A model generated the notes under the pieces. That model saw only the letters and a program-made list of their open reading frames with translations. It did not search any database and was not told the DNA's origin. This document shows positions 10,700 through 26,989 of a stretch of 64,000 nt of DNA, in pieces (positions within the stretch are counted from its first letter, which is position 1; every line of letters begins with the position of its first letter). The translations under genes and the position numbers were made by a program. Source of the stretch: Eledone cirrhosa (Eukaryota); contig OZ024743.1 of the NCBI GenBank assembly GCA_964016885.1, positions 110,484,001 through 110,548,000 on the forward strand, in the 5' to 3' direction.

Positions 10700-12365
10700 G
10701 TAAATATATACACACATATACATATTTATATATATATACATAAACACACACATATATATAAGTATGTAAAAAACAGATATAAAAACGCACATACACACAC
10801 GCATATACACATACACGAACACATACGAATGCATTCGCATACATATACAAACACGTATACACACATATGCACACACTTACACGCATACATACAATATAAA
10901 AACCAGCCGTATGAATAGAAGAGAAAAATTATACGCTTGTAAACATACATAAAAGCGGCTGAGGGACAACAGAATATATCTGGTGGTGAAAACGCAAGTG
11001 ACATGTGCTATCAGGTAGTGAAAGAAAAAAACGGAAGTAAAATATGTAAAATTGTGAAGATACAAAATAAGTGAATCAAGAAGCAGGGGAGGAGGTGTCA
11101 CTAGTGGATGTGAAGTAAAAATAAAGTTAAAAAAAAATAAAAGTAAATCAGAAAGATAAGTCTGTAAAGAGGGTAATTTAAGGAAAGGGAAGAACAAGAG
11201 TTTATGGAGGATAAGTATCTGAAAGTGAGTTAAGTTTATATGAGCTGGAAAGCAAGTGTGATTTCATGTGTGGACAACTGGTGAACATTTCTGTTTTTGC
11301 ATTTAGGCAGGTTTTTTGGTGATGTAAGTGTCTGTAAAATCCAATATTTTTCACTTATGCAGAGTGCGCATATTCTTTAGATTGGTTCAAAATTGACCAA
11401 TCTAATTTATAATGGATACCTTGGTCTTTCAAATCCCATATTCTGCTAACCAGAGCTGTTGTAAATCTTTTTTCAGGATGTCGGAAAGATGCGACATCTG
11501 AGTAATAACGCGTTTTGAATTTGTATTGTGTCATACCCACATATCGTTCGCTGGTGGCTGGTAGGTTGTTGCTGGTGGTTGTCACTTTAGCCGCATATAG
11601 AATGGCTTTGGTGTTGCATTTACCTTGTAATGGGCATTCACTTTTGACACTACAGGAGCAATTTTGATGTTCTCTGGGTATTTTTTTTATTGAGGATATA
11701 ATATTTAATAGGGGGACCGCAAGAGTAGCTGATTTTGACATAGTTTCTATTGAAGATCTTATAGTATATATGTGTTCTACGGAAATATTTATCTAAGAGC
11801 TCTGGGAATTGTTTGCCTACATTAGTTTTAATTGCTAAAGTGTAGGGGGTGTGAACCAGATTATTTTTATTTTCCTATTATTATGTTTAAAGGAGTAAGT
11901 ATTGTTGGGTATGTACTTAATCGGTTCGCTAAATCCGCTATTTTGAAGGGCTGTATTATAGTAGAGGGATGCCTTATTGAAAATAGCTTCTGAGGAAGAG
12001 AGGGTGGACTTCCTACGGCTAATATTTTGGTTAATATTTTTAAAAAACTATAGGAGGATGGCAAGAGCCTTTATTTATATATTTTAAATGTTCATTAGGT
12101 TTATGGTACGGTTTATAAGAAGCAGTAGGCAGATCAGGTTTATATCTAGAAAATTAACAGTAGAAAGGTTAGTGTCAATTTTAATTTTAAGATTAAAACT
12201 AGCGAAGTTTTTTTTAATTCTTTCCTGAATCTCTCTAGGTTATGGCCTTGAGTGGTATGGAAAAGTATCAAACCATCGTCGCGATAAGGCCCAAAAGGTA
12301 TCGTTAGGGAATTTCTCTTTAAGGGTGTGTAGGAAGAATAAGCCGACTAAATCACACACGTCAGC

Positions 12366-13167
12366 TTACTCACATGTCGCATCTTTATGACATCCGGAAA
12401 ACAAATTTACAACAGCTCTGGCTAGTAGAATATGGGATTTGAAAGACCAAAAATCCAATATAAATTAGATTGCTCAATGTTGAAACAATCTAAAGAATAT
12501 GCAAGAGGAACAAGAAGATGCGGACTCTGCATAAGTGAAAAATATTGGATTTTACAGAACATTAAATCACCAAAAACCTGCCTAAATGCAAAACCAGAAA
12601 TGTTCACCAGTTGCTTACACATGAAATCAAACTTGCTTTCCAGCTCATATAAACTTAACTCACTTTCAGATACTTATCCTCCATAAACTGTTGTTCTTCA
12701 GTTTCCTTAAATTACCCTCTTTACAGACTTCTCTTTCTGATTTACTTTTATTTTTATTTTTATTTTTATTTTTATTTTTACCTTTACTTTTACTTCACAT
12801 CCATCAGTGAGACCCCCCCTGCTGTGTATTCACTTACTTCATATCTTCACAATTTTACATATTTTACTTCCCCCTTTTCTTTCACTACCTGATATCACAT
12901 GTCACTTGCGTTTTAATCTCCAGATATATTCTCTGTCGTCCTCCAGCCGCTTTTATGTATGTATACTTGCGTATAATTTGTACTCATTTATTCATACGGC
13001 TGGTTTTTATATTGAATGTATGCGTGTAAGTGTGCACATGTGTCTGTATACGTGTTTGTATATGTATGCGAATGCATTCGTATGTGCGCGTGTATGTGTA
13101 TATGTGTCTGTGTATGTGTGTTTTTATACCTATTTTTTCTACATGCTTATATATATGAGTGTGTGTG

Positions 13168-13249
<82 letters not shown>

Positions 13250-14265
13250 TGTGTATATATATGTATATATATATATGGTCGCCTGCGTGCGTGTGATTAG
13301 ATGTACATGTATGTATATATATAGGTGTTTCGTGTGTATATATGCGCGCTTTTGTATGTATGTACGCTTGTATGTGCTGTTATCTGTAGGTATTTATATA
13401 TATTTATATATATATATGTGTGTGTACGAACCATATATCTGTAGGTATTTATATATATTTACATATATATATGTGTGTACGAACCTATGTATTTTTCTAT
13501 TTTTTTTAGTATTACTTTATAATTGATAACCCCTCCCTCTTACTGTCTCTTGATTTAATTTTTTTATTCTCATATATTTTTTCATTTTTTCATTTTTTAT
13601 ATTTTATATTGTTTATATATGAATCGACCTTCAGCCTGACATTGCTTTGACTGATGAACTCCCTTCCTTGTATATATCACTTGCATGTATGTGGTTGCGC
13701 CTGTGTGTCTGTTTATACGCGTGCTTTCATACTTGTATGTGTATATATTTCAATCCATAGTGCCTGAGTCTGTATGCACGTTAACTCTATTATCTTACAA
13801 TTTCTTTTTTCAACATATATTATATACGTATTTGTGTTCACACATACACTGATATGCTTGCCCTCATGTATGTACTGACGCACACATTTGCTCACTATTT
13901 ACATGCATTTGTACATACACACATATGTACATCTGTAGGTGCATATACACACATTTATACACATACCCTTACTATATTTTCTTATTTTATTTTTATATAT
14001 CTCTTGCATTACTTTTATTTATATATTTTTTTGTCCGCTAAACCTTTGCCTTTCTTGATGAGATTTTTCAAATATTTCACTGTTTTAAATTGCCTTGTCT
14101 GACGAACGAATGAGGACGGTTCTTGTATTCGTCTTATTCGGGAAAACTCTGGTAATGAGGTAATTATATTGTATCGTTTATTATATATTAAATTTAACTC
14201 TGTATCTGCCATAGAGCACGCTTCACTCCTATGACTTTTTTCAAATTTCAACGGAAACTTCAATA
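12366..14265 (+). mobile_element. Inverted 3' copy of the Naiad-like PLE (inverted pLTR)
   Basis: Diverged reverse complement of ~9597-11505. Includes the GIY-YIG C-terminus (CGLCISEK, ORF 12432-12686) and ends at (TA)n. Confidence 0.85.
14088..14165 (+). ncRNA. Type I hammerhead with long stem II (partner of 9697-9774)
   Basis: aattgccttgt-CTGACGA-a cgaatgag...cttattcg g-GAAA-actctgg-TA-atgaggtaatt. Confidence 0.7.
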
Positions 14266-14284
14266 TATATATATATATATATAT

Positions 14285-16070
<1,786 letters not shown>

Positions 16071-16143
16071 TGAAGGACAAACTTTTGATGAAGGACAAAC
16101 TTTTTCATATGTAACCCATTTGCAACGCCGCAGCTCCATTATT

Positions 16144-16179
<36 letters not shown>

Positions 16180-16183
<4 letters not shown>

Positions 16184-17086
16184 AATAATGGAGCTGCGGC
16201 GTTGCAAATGGGTTACATATGAAAAAGTTTGTCCTTCATCAGTGGCCTTCCAACCGTCGTAGGCATTTCGTCGCTTTAAAGGCCATATACCTCAGGTTGG
16301 TGCGAGCAACGGCTAAAAAAAGTCGTTGGGACACGTAAATAAAGGGGACGCTAGGGTAAACAAACAAAATGGTTCAAGCAACAGAAAGTGATGAAGAAGA
16401 AAGAAACAAGTCCCAGATTTCTATGAATATAAATTCGGTGGAATCGTGAACGAGAGAATAAAGACCATCAAACCTGGTTGAAATGTGAGCAACGAAGGAA
16501 TTTCGCACAGGTCTAACGGGAGGAAGAAGGGGTCTGGTCTGCGAATTCGGTAAACATAAGTTCTGTGAAGTCGCAGACGAGAGAGAGGGAAAAAAAATTC
16601 TTACCGGCTTGGCCAAGTGCGCGCGAGAAAAGGATTACGGACAGGTCAAACGGGAAGAAAGGGTAGGAGGAGAGGTAGTGACAGAGAGTTAGTGACTGAA
16701 AGGTGAGGAAGAGGCTAACAGAGAAAGAGAGACTGCTAGAAAGCGTAAAGATACAAAGAACGAAACAGACTGGTGGCAGCGGAGGAAAAAATATATGTGT
16801 AAATATGATAATAATGGAGCTGCGGCGTTGCAAATGGGTTACATATGAAAAAGTGTGTCCTTCATCAGTGGCCTTTCAACCGTCGTAGGCATTTCGTCGC
16901 TTTAAATGCGAGCAACGGCTAAAAAAAGTCGTTGGGACACGTACATAAAGGGGACGCTAGGGTAAACAAACAAAATGGTTTAAGCAACAGAAAGTGATGA
17001 AGAAGAAAGAAACAAGTCCCAGATTTCTATGAATATAAATTCGGTGGAATCGTGAAGTAGAGAATAAAGACCATCAAACCTGGTTG

Positions 17087-17087
<1 letters not shown>
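16180..17087. mobile_element. Non-coding element with ~300-bp terminal direct repeats (626-bp period) between (TA)n tracts
   Basis: 16180-16481 is repeated at 16806-17087, with a ~20-bp deletion in the second copy. An inverted 60-bp copy of the left terminus lies at 16087-16147. Confidence 0.7.
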
Positions 17088-17181
<94 letters not shown>

Positions 17182-17608
17182 CTAGTTTTAGTATTAATCG
17201 ATACGTATAAAATATATATCGATTATGTTTCTCAATAAAAAAAACTCCATTAACATTAGTTCAAAGTATCAATTGTACAAATTGAAACGATATATATAAT
17301 TGATATATACCAATTGAGAAACTATTAGTTTTCTGTATATATATATACAGAGGAGTTAAGTAAATATCGTTATTTATTATTTTATTCTGAATCATAATCG
17401 AATATATTTTATATGTATTGAGCAATCTTAAATTTAGTTTATTTGTACACAAACTTCTTTTAATGAGTTTCAATTGCCATAGTGCAACCTGTTCGGAATT
17501 AAGTTAGCATTCTTAACGACCATTCCTGTAATATATCCAGATCTTTTAAACCATATTTTAAGACCATGTGGAGAACAGATCATAGTTCTTCTCTGGGCAA
17601 GTAAGTAG

Positions 17609-17648
<40 letters not shown>

Positions 17649-17679
17649 ATAATAATAATAAGAAGAAGAAGAAGAAATG

Positions 17680-18230
17680 TGAAGACTAAAATCCAAAGAG
17701 GGCTCGATAAGTGTAAATATATATCAAATATATAAGAACCGTAGAGCAAATATTTATTAAAATAACAGATTAAAGTTTAAGCAAAGAATCGCTGCTTACA
17801 CCCTTAACGAGATCTTCTGAAACTAACAAAGTCAATCTGTAAACGCAGAAGTGGATATTTCAAAAAACGTTGCAACCGGAGGAAGACAGGAAGACGATAC
17901 TTTGGTTCGTGGAAACGTTTCCTGGCAAAGAACGGGAAAAACGAATATAATACGTCATTAATAGGAGCGGTGAAAGACAATTACGCGCAAAGACAGAACC
18001 ATGTTTATGGTATAAAAGAGGTCGCAGACTAATGTTCTCTTAGGTGGTTCATAGAGCCGTTCTCTGGCAATGAACGAAAAAAACGAAGATAATACGTCAT
18101 ATGTGGATCGTGGAGAACAATAGCACGCAAAGACAAAACCACGTAAATGGTATAGCAGAAGTGGTAGACTAAAATTCTAACTAGGAGACCGAATGAATCT
18201 CCGCTTCAGAGTTAAGAACAAAGTAAATAA
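17680..18230. repeat. Unclassified interspersed repeat
   Basis: Related segments at 1148-1230, 32802-32965 (locally inverted) and 52025-52330, sharing attaaagtttaagcaaagaatcgctg. Confidence 0.7.
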
Positions 18231-19526
18231 ATACAATACAGAGGTAATAGAAATTAAATAAATACATACACGCATCCAAATACGTACATAGACAAGCATA
18301 TGCGAAACCACTTACCATAGGTATACAAAACCATGCACATATAAATATGTGTGTGTGTGTATGCGGGTATACAAATAAATAAATAATGTTAATGTTTAGG
18401 AATTTTGATTACTTAAACCATAGCTAATATTGTATTGCCTTATTAGGTATTTTAAATATTTTCAATATTAATTTATCAAATAGGATTTTCGAGTCATTTA
18501 TCTGGGTTGTTTCCTAAGTTTTTACTTAACTGCATGTGAGACCTAAGTAAATACTTTTGTTTTTGTTTTTTAATTTCCGGTTGATTTTATTTATTTATTT
18601 ATTAATACTACTGTGCATAGTATTTTCTGTCTGGCCCTTATTCACTCATCCACATATATGTCTGTTTACCAACCTTGTAATTATAAGTAATTATATATTA
18701 TATTATGTTCATTATTTTATATTGAAGATGTTATTGTACTATTGATCCTTATTACTTACCGATGATTTTATGTACCATTATAATATGTTAAATTTTATAT
18801 ATCATGTAAGATGTTTATATTTTTGTACCATCATAATTTTGGGTATTGTACAATTTATATTTTTTTCTCACCTACTTTGTAACTCTATATGAATTGATTT
18901 GTTAACTTACATACCATTATATATTATATATTATTATATTATTATTATAGTATTATTGTGACATCTATATTGTTTGTGTAAATTAACCGGAGATTATCTA
19001 TTATATTATATTATATATTATGTAATTATATAGTTTATTATATATTATATGTGTTACTTTTAATCATTTCATTACTTCATGTTATACTGCATATTAGATA
19101 TACGTATTATTATTATTTTTATTCCTATTATGCTTATTTATATTTAAACTCTTAATAAGGTTTAATTTGTGCTGTTAATGATGGAAATGTATATGTATAT
19201 GTGCGTACGTGTGCGTACATATATACATATGTATATTGTGCCTTTTAATTTTAATTTTTAATTTTCATTTTAATATTGTTACAAGTATATTATATTATAT
19301 TATATTGTATTATATATAATTCCCGCTCTATATAACCACCTTTGTTTAGCTCTAGGTTTTTTTGCTTTGGACTATATTTGTAATATGGTTCAAAATGTTA
19401 TCCACCTCCTTAGTGATTTTTATAATATATTTTTACCCATAATCTTCCAATACTTTAGTGTATGTACACTCCATATTCTTCGGAGTTTTCGGCTTGTATT
19501 GGCCGATAGTACTTCTTGTGGTTTTG

Positions 19527-19571
19527 ATTGCCCTGATGAGTCCTTAATAAGACGAAACATTGTTGGCTAAT
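19527..19571 (+). ncRNA. Minimal type I hammerhead at the end of an AT-rich PLE-like 3' UTR
   Basis: attgcc-CTGATGA-gtc cttaataa gac-GAAA-cattg-TT-ggctaat, overlapped by AATAAA and followed by (TA)n at ~19616. Confidence 0.75.
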
Positions 19572-19612
19572 AAAGACGTTTGATGTTTTGAAGGCTTCTT
19601 TGTTTTATTTTC

Positions 19613-19678
<66 letters not shown>

Positions 19679-19683
<5 letters not shown>

Positions 19684-19984
19684 ATATTAAATAAATGGAA
19701 ACTATAATTATAAAACCATATTTATTTCATTATATATATTTCAAGGGTTCCAAAACACTTTGGTACGCTTTCATCAGATAAAATATAAAGTTTGTTTTAT
19801 AAATAGAGAAATACCCAGGATAATCATACCTTATCAGTTGAATATTCTTTGCATAGTGGAAATGTATTTGGGATTTTTCAAACTTATAGCTGAATATGCA
19901 AATGAATATGTACATAATTGAAAAACAACCGTTTATTTAATCCACTATGGCGAGAGAGGAGAAAGAAGAGAAGAAGGACAAGCT

Positions 19985-20028
<44 letters not shown>

Positions 20029-21006
20029 GAAGAAAGCGAAGATGAATAAAAAAAAACTCATATAACGTTAATTTGAGGGAAATATATTCAAACAATTATC
20101 TATGTATATATGTAAGTATATATCTTAATAATATGTGTATTTATATTAAAAGGATATATTACGAATATTAGTTGTTTTTTCTTATCCTCCCTTTTCAACC
20201 ATATAAATATGAATATTCTTACTTAACTCAGTTAATTTAATCTAATTTAATTTAATTTAATTTTAAATGATTCTCAATTTTAAATACACATTTATTTACA
20301 TAAAATACAAAACCAATATACCCCATAACTCATTAGAACAACTATCTATAACATGATATACCCATCTATTTATTTATTTATTTATTTATCTACTTATAAC
20401 AGAAGAAAAAAATATTATATTATAAACACATTTTAAACAACTAATAATCGTAAAATATCCTTTTAATATAAATACACGTATTATTAATATATATACTTAC
20501 ATATATACATAGATAATTGTTTGAATATATTTCCCTCAAATTAATGTTATATGAGTTTTTTTATTCATCTTCGCTTTCTTCTCTCTTCTCTCTCTCTCAC
20601 TATTTTGTCATTTTTCTCTTCTCTCTCCTCTCTTTCAATAGTCGTTTAAATAAACGGTTGATTTTCAATTATTTACATATTCATTTGCATATTCACCCAT
20701 AAGTTTGAAAAATCCCTAATACATTTCCACTATTCAGAGAATATCCAACTGATAAGGTATGTTTTTCCTGGGTGTGTCTCTATTTATAAAACAAACTTTG
20801 TATTTTATCTGAAGAAAGCGTACCAAAGTGCATTGGTACCCTTGAAATATATATAATAAAATAAATATGGATTTATAGATATAGTTTCCATTTATTTAAT
20901 ATCATTGAACATTTGTTCCAGGAAATCTGTTGAGTGCTCTAAATCAGTTATAATCATTTATATTTATATTTGTCGGATTTCCAACAAATTAAATACGCCT
21001 TCTACT
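19679..21006 (+). mobile_element. Fold-back PLE 3'-end remnant (same family as 14285-15777)
   Basis: Arms ~19679-20190 and ~20420-20907 are reverse complements. A unique 100-bp tail follows, then (TA)n. Each arm has a hammerhead. Confidence 0.75.
20801..20863 (+). ncRNA. Type I hammerhead (inverted copy at 19723-19785)
   Basis: tattttat-CTGAAGA-aag cgtacc aaagtgcatt ggtac cctt-GAAA-tata-TA-taataaaata. Stem II differs from 15582-15646 but remains paired. Confidence 0.7.
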
Positions 21007-21014
21007 TATATATA

Positions 21015-21099
<85 letters not shown>

Positions 21100-21158
21100 G
21101 AGTCCAGAATTAGCCGTCGAAACGGCTTGAGCTCAGCTGTCGGGGTCTTACTGGTTCC
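21100..21158 (+). mobile_element. Solo 59-bp terminus of the 62461-63712 family embedded in (TA)n
   Basis: gagtccagaattagccgtcgaaacggcttgagctcagctgtcggggtcttactggttcc. Related pieces lie at 1297-1328 and 34313-34352. Confidence 0.7.
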
Positions 21159-21190
<32 letters not shown>

Positions 21191-21192
21191 TA

Positions 21193-21398
<206 letters not shown>

Positions 21399-24005
21399 CA
21401 GGACGCTGATCTTTGGCTGGGAGGGCTTGTTTTTTGTTGAATTGAAGGACGTGTTTTATTTATATTTTGACTGATTCTGTTCGGTATTATGTGACTCGCG
21501 TTTTGAAGGTGAGAGCATATTTCGCGTGTGCGGGGAGTTGGTATATGCATTGATGTTATTTAGTACGTCTTAATCTAAATCACTTGTGCAATACTCGTTT
21601 CGATTCATATCGATAAAATATACTGAAACACAAAATGTTATAACGCAATACACTTAGGTTTTCAAGAAACATGACTAATATGAAATTTATAATTAAATAA
21701 TACTAAATATCTGTTTGTAAGTTATAGACCTTGCTCATAAATGAATATTTATGACATAGTTTCTTCTTATATGTGACTTGTCGTTCAAATATAAACGTAT
21801 AATTCTGCTAATACATAATTTGTCTAAGTGTAATTTGAGGTAATCCACGCATAATTCACATGATATACACCACTGATTGCATACTATGCCATTCTCTCAA
21901 TTTAAGGGAAGTTTGTTATGCACACACACACGCACACACATGCGCGCATACACAGACGCGCGCACACCACTCATACACACACACACATGCACATACACAC
22001 ACATCCACACGTACGCACATACACACACATACACACATATATATAAACATATATATATATATAAACATATATATATATATAAACATATATACTATAGCAA
22101 ATGAAGATGAGATATTGTATTTGTTTTACATATGTTTTAACATGGGAAAGATGATACTGGAAATAGTGAAATATTATCTCATGCTATAGAGAAATATGTT
22201 CATATATTAGAATCTGAAAATTATCTATGTAATCTGCTAATGATACAACACCTCTCCCGTAATTATTATGAACTATTAATGCTCTGATCTATTTCATGAG
22301 CCACCCCCTCGATTGTTGGATATATCTATATCTATATGTGTGTGTGTGTTTAGGTGTGTGTGTATGTGTGTGTGTGTGCGTGTGTCTGTGTGTGTATGTG
22401 TGTGTGTATGTGTGTGTGTATACATGATTATTATATACTCCCTTCTGTTTGCGTTAAACTCAGCGCCCCGTGGTGAGCAATTTCTCGCACTCCTATTCTC
22501 TTGTTAATTTGTCATTCGTCCACTACCCACGTGCCTCTGGCCACTAAGCAAAACAGATTTATTACGGCCATATGAAGGATATTCCTCTTATTGTGTGAGA
22601 AGACCCCTTCATGATTAGTAATTTAATGTAACGTATCTTGGCTCCTTAAGATATTTGATGGTGGTCATACGCTATGAAACTGCAGTTGCTGTATTTGGAG
22701 TGAGTATCATTACTAGTTTTGAATTTACTTTGCGTGAACTTACTTTGCGTGAATCTACTATGCATGTATATATTCGGTGAGGAGGGCCGCAGGATGGAAA
22801 AAAAAAGCGTCATCTATATGGTGAATGGCAACTAATCAAATACGACTCATAAACTTTAAAGGCATTAGGCCTGGTGTTAAATTCTCTCTGCACTCGCCGG
22901 TCTAGAGTACATGAAATATCGGTGCAACCCTTAAGACAATTTCATCATTCTGCATGTACGCGTGAAGTCCTCATTTGCCACCACGTCTCTGCTTTGAATC
23001 CCACTATGTCTCAATAAATGTGTGTATGTGTGTGTCTGTGCGTGTGTGTGTGTGTGTGTGTGTGGGTGTGTGTGTGTGTTTGTTTGAGTGTGTGTGTGTG
23101 GATGTATGTGTGTACATACATACATTTTGGGAATTATCTAAATCCATACGCCTTCCTAGAACTTCTTGTTTGTGGTCGGTTGTATGTCTCTTTATATTAG
23201 GAATCAAATTAATATCCAATATCTCACAATGATACAATTAAAAATTCCTTGTAAAAGAGCAAATTTGGCATCACTTCATTGCGACTACTGTTTTACGCTT
23301 AAACTGTATTTTCTTAGGCGCTGTGTGTATTTGTCATTATGAATAGTTCTTGTGAAAATTCTTAGCTAGCCGGGTGAGATAGCAACCGCTCTATTCCTGT
23401 GATACTAGATTTGTTGTTGGTCATTTCCGCTTGCTACCACCGCCGAAGGTAGTGTCTTTGTTGTTGTCTTTTCTAACAGCGATCTGGTACTGTGTGGACG
23501 TATTGCATTGTTCTCTCTTTCTCTGATCTGTATGTCTCTCAGACATACCGTCAGAAATATTTTTTAAAATTTTTTGCTGCATGAACCATTTATTTTACGT
23601 TGTACTTAAATTGTGTGAAACCACAGCTGGTCTAAAAATTGATGCGTGTATATAAAAGTTGATATGGTCATCGATCATCCCTTTTCTTCCTTTTCACCTT
23701 TCCTACTATAACTTTTGCGGCTATCACTTTTTCCGCTGATTTCTATGCTTTGAGATACATATTATCCGTCGCTGTTAATGTCGGTATGTTGCTGTTTTAA
23801 TAGCTTGCATTGAGTTATTCTCATTGTCCTACGAATCCTAATACACTCACGCTTCAAACTGGATATTCGAGATAACTTTGTATATATATATATATCTATA
23901 TATATATATATATTGTATATACATACACATATATATATACGCATAGATAAATACATGCAAACATACGTACATACATACGCACATAGACACACACATTCAC
24001 ACACG

Positions 24006-24090
<85 letters not shown>

Positions 24091-26333
24091 ATTTAGATTT
24101 ATAGACATCGATTAGACGATAATAGGGACTGTATTTCCAAAGGTCCATGGAAAACTGATTTATATGTATTTCCGTATATATGAATATTTATATAAACCAC
24201 CAAACTAACAACGACATATATTCGATACAAACTTAATTTTAGTATAATGAATGGCACGTATATCTCTGAAATTCATGTGGAAATTTCTGTAAGTTCTTCA
24301 GATGTTAGTCTATAAAATAATTGCTTATCATAATTAAGGGGATAAATAGCAGGAAAACAACGGCAATTGTGCTGGTTACAAATACATTGAAGCGATCAAT
24401 GTATTATATGAGGCCTATTACTGTCCAACTCATTAATATGATCATCAGCAGGAATATGTGGGACGGAATAGAAAATCATTAGAAAACACTGGAAGAAATT
24501 TGGCGTCAGATTTATACATGAATTCGAACGTTTGACATTGTTTACGGCTACAAGGTCGATGACAATTGAGATTCCCACATGAATGTATCCCGTTCCGATA
24601 TTGTACAACGACTCCCAACATCCAAGTTAACAAACACACAGATGCCCTCAAATACATGCATATACATATATGTGTCTAACTCTCCTTCTCACTCCATGTC
24701 TATATATATGGGGGGGGGGGGTATGTATACGAAACGTATACGGGATATGCTCAGACAATATGAGTTTACGGTTTTACTATTCTGCTATTTTAAATGTGTA
24801 TATGTTGAGGAGACATATTCCACTTATTCCAACAAGTAAACTAAAGTTTCATGAAATTACGATGTAACTATCTTAATAGTCCACTGATCTGTGTAGCATT
24901 GTCATATTTCTTAGGGCAATTCAGTGTAATACAATATGACAAAAGATATCCCTCTTAGGATTTCCAAGAACAAATTACTTTTCTCTGTGAATGTAGTAGA
25001 ACAATGCAATATAACATGCCCAGCTCAAATGCATCACACTTACTTAAGCTTAACACTACTGCGTCTTGAAACGCACAAGGCAGATGAAGTGTTCAAATGA
25101 CCCCGTTAGGTTATATCTGTAAATACATCGTTCCAATTTTGTTTACGGTTTTCAGGTCTCTGTCGATCATCTGTTACTATATCTTCGGATGTCCCTGTCA
25201 CGTCTTTCCACGGGAGTATACGTTTAGGATTTTATTAGTATTTCCCTTATTTGTTAGTAGTGTGACGTGACACAACCAGCCATATCAATGCTAACACACG
25301 ATGTTAAACACCACACACCATACAGGATTTCAACTTGAGTAATGCCGATGGTGAGCCATACGCCTTAATGAGAAGTCATCCTCCTTCAAAATAAAATACA
25401 TGAAACATAAACTGTAATTGTTAAGCGTATGCTAGCTCATTTGTTTTGTTACATCGCTGGATTGATTATTAGGACGTGGAAATTATTTGGTATACCATCC
25501 CCACGAGGCGGTAATCGATGATAGAATTGCCTGGGGGAATGAATCTAACATTTGCCTATTTCGGTCGACTGAGTTAATTTTACTCCGTAGAAAGGCAGTT
25601 TAGTAGTTTACAGTAAGCCCATATGTTTTCAAATTTCGAATAAGCCCAACGCTTCCTCCAACGAGTATTTAAAATTAACATGCTTCCTTGCTTTATTTTG
25701 CTTTGTTTGAGCCTGCACCCGTGGAAAGTCAGATTAGAAACTGTGCATTATTCTGTATTTCCTGGTATTGTTGCAACTGAGTCGGTCTAACAAACGACGG
25801 AGTTATATTTTTAACAAGAAAAATCTATAATAGATAATCTCTAAAGTTTAAATGAAATATAATATTTTTATATTATGTGAAGCAGTTAATTACGAAATGT
25901 TATCTATTCAGGAGTGTCCTGGGTTTGATATACCAATAGAATAAAAAGAAGTAAATATTCTGAACGTATAATAATGTGTTTACTAACAATGATATGATGA
26001 CTACAGCAATATGGAATTGAATAGTCATAACTCAATATTAAAAGGATAAACTGTCACGTACATAATTCAAAAGTTTATAAGAATTAGATAATAGGAAAAT
26101 TACAGCAAATTTTACTTACATATTAAATGAAATTATTATTTGCCAGAAGAATTGTTATCCATCATTTCCTTAATTAAATTCTCATTTTCTTATCAATGTA
26201 AGACACAACGAAAATGTTAAATATATATCTTACGATTTATAAACTTTAGTAAAAGACCGGAATATTAAAAGGGTTTACAGTGTATAGAAAAAAACGGGTG
26301 TATATGTATAATACGAAACATTATATATTAATC

Positions 26334-26509
26334 GGGGGATTGGCAGTATCGATAGAGGATCGGACGCCATACTTTGACGTATATAGTTACGGCCCTTGCC
26401 ATTCTGAGTTCAAATCCCGCCGAGGTTAACTTTGCCTTTCATCCTTACGGGGTCGATAAAATAAAGTACCAGTAATGCACTGGGTGGCCTTGTGCCAAAA
26501 GTAGAAACA
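26334..26509 (+). mobile_element. tRNA-derived SINE
   Basis: Same family, with A/B boxes and core. Flanked by a TSD-like attatatattaatcg. Confidence 0.85.
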
Positions 26510-26989
26510 ATTATATATTAATCGTATTATAAATCAGAACACAAAGATGTTTTAATCCTATCACTAAAGCCCGAAGCAACCAGTATTGTCATAATCAGAA
26601 CTAGGTTACCGTCTGTGATCCCTAACAGTCATACAATGTCTATACTGTCAAAGCTTCCACAACTCGTTTCAGGAAATTTTAAAGCTAAATGTTACCGCAC
26701 TTAAAAATGAGTAAACATAGTATCACCCGCATACGTTTTATTTACCGCATTTAACTATTATTCACATCACCATGTTGGTGTTGATCACTACATTCTCATG
26801 CTAAGAAATGGAGTATAGAATATGATCTTATATTTAGTACGAAACTGATTAATGATTGTCGCTGATACCACCTAAATATTCTTCCCGTGCCAATGTCTGT
26901 ACCGTAATTTGATCGTACCTTATTGTTATCCCATTCGTCCGAGGGAATTGGAGATGTACTGGTATTACGTGCAGTGCAACACTCTTTTC

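Larger units (their letters stand above)
9597..12365 (-). mobile_element. 5'-truncated Naiad-like Penelope element (pseudogenised)
   Basis: Minus strand encodes VCDLVGLFFL...GPYRDDGL (RT), then CSC..CPLQGKC..AILY..YVGMT..FKTR..IWDLK..W (GIY-YIG, ORF 11355-11741). A long microsatellite-rich 3' UTR, a hammerhead and (TA)n follow. Confidence 0.85.
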
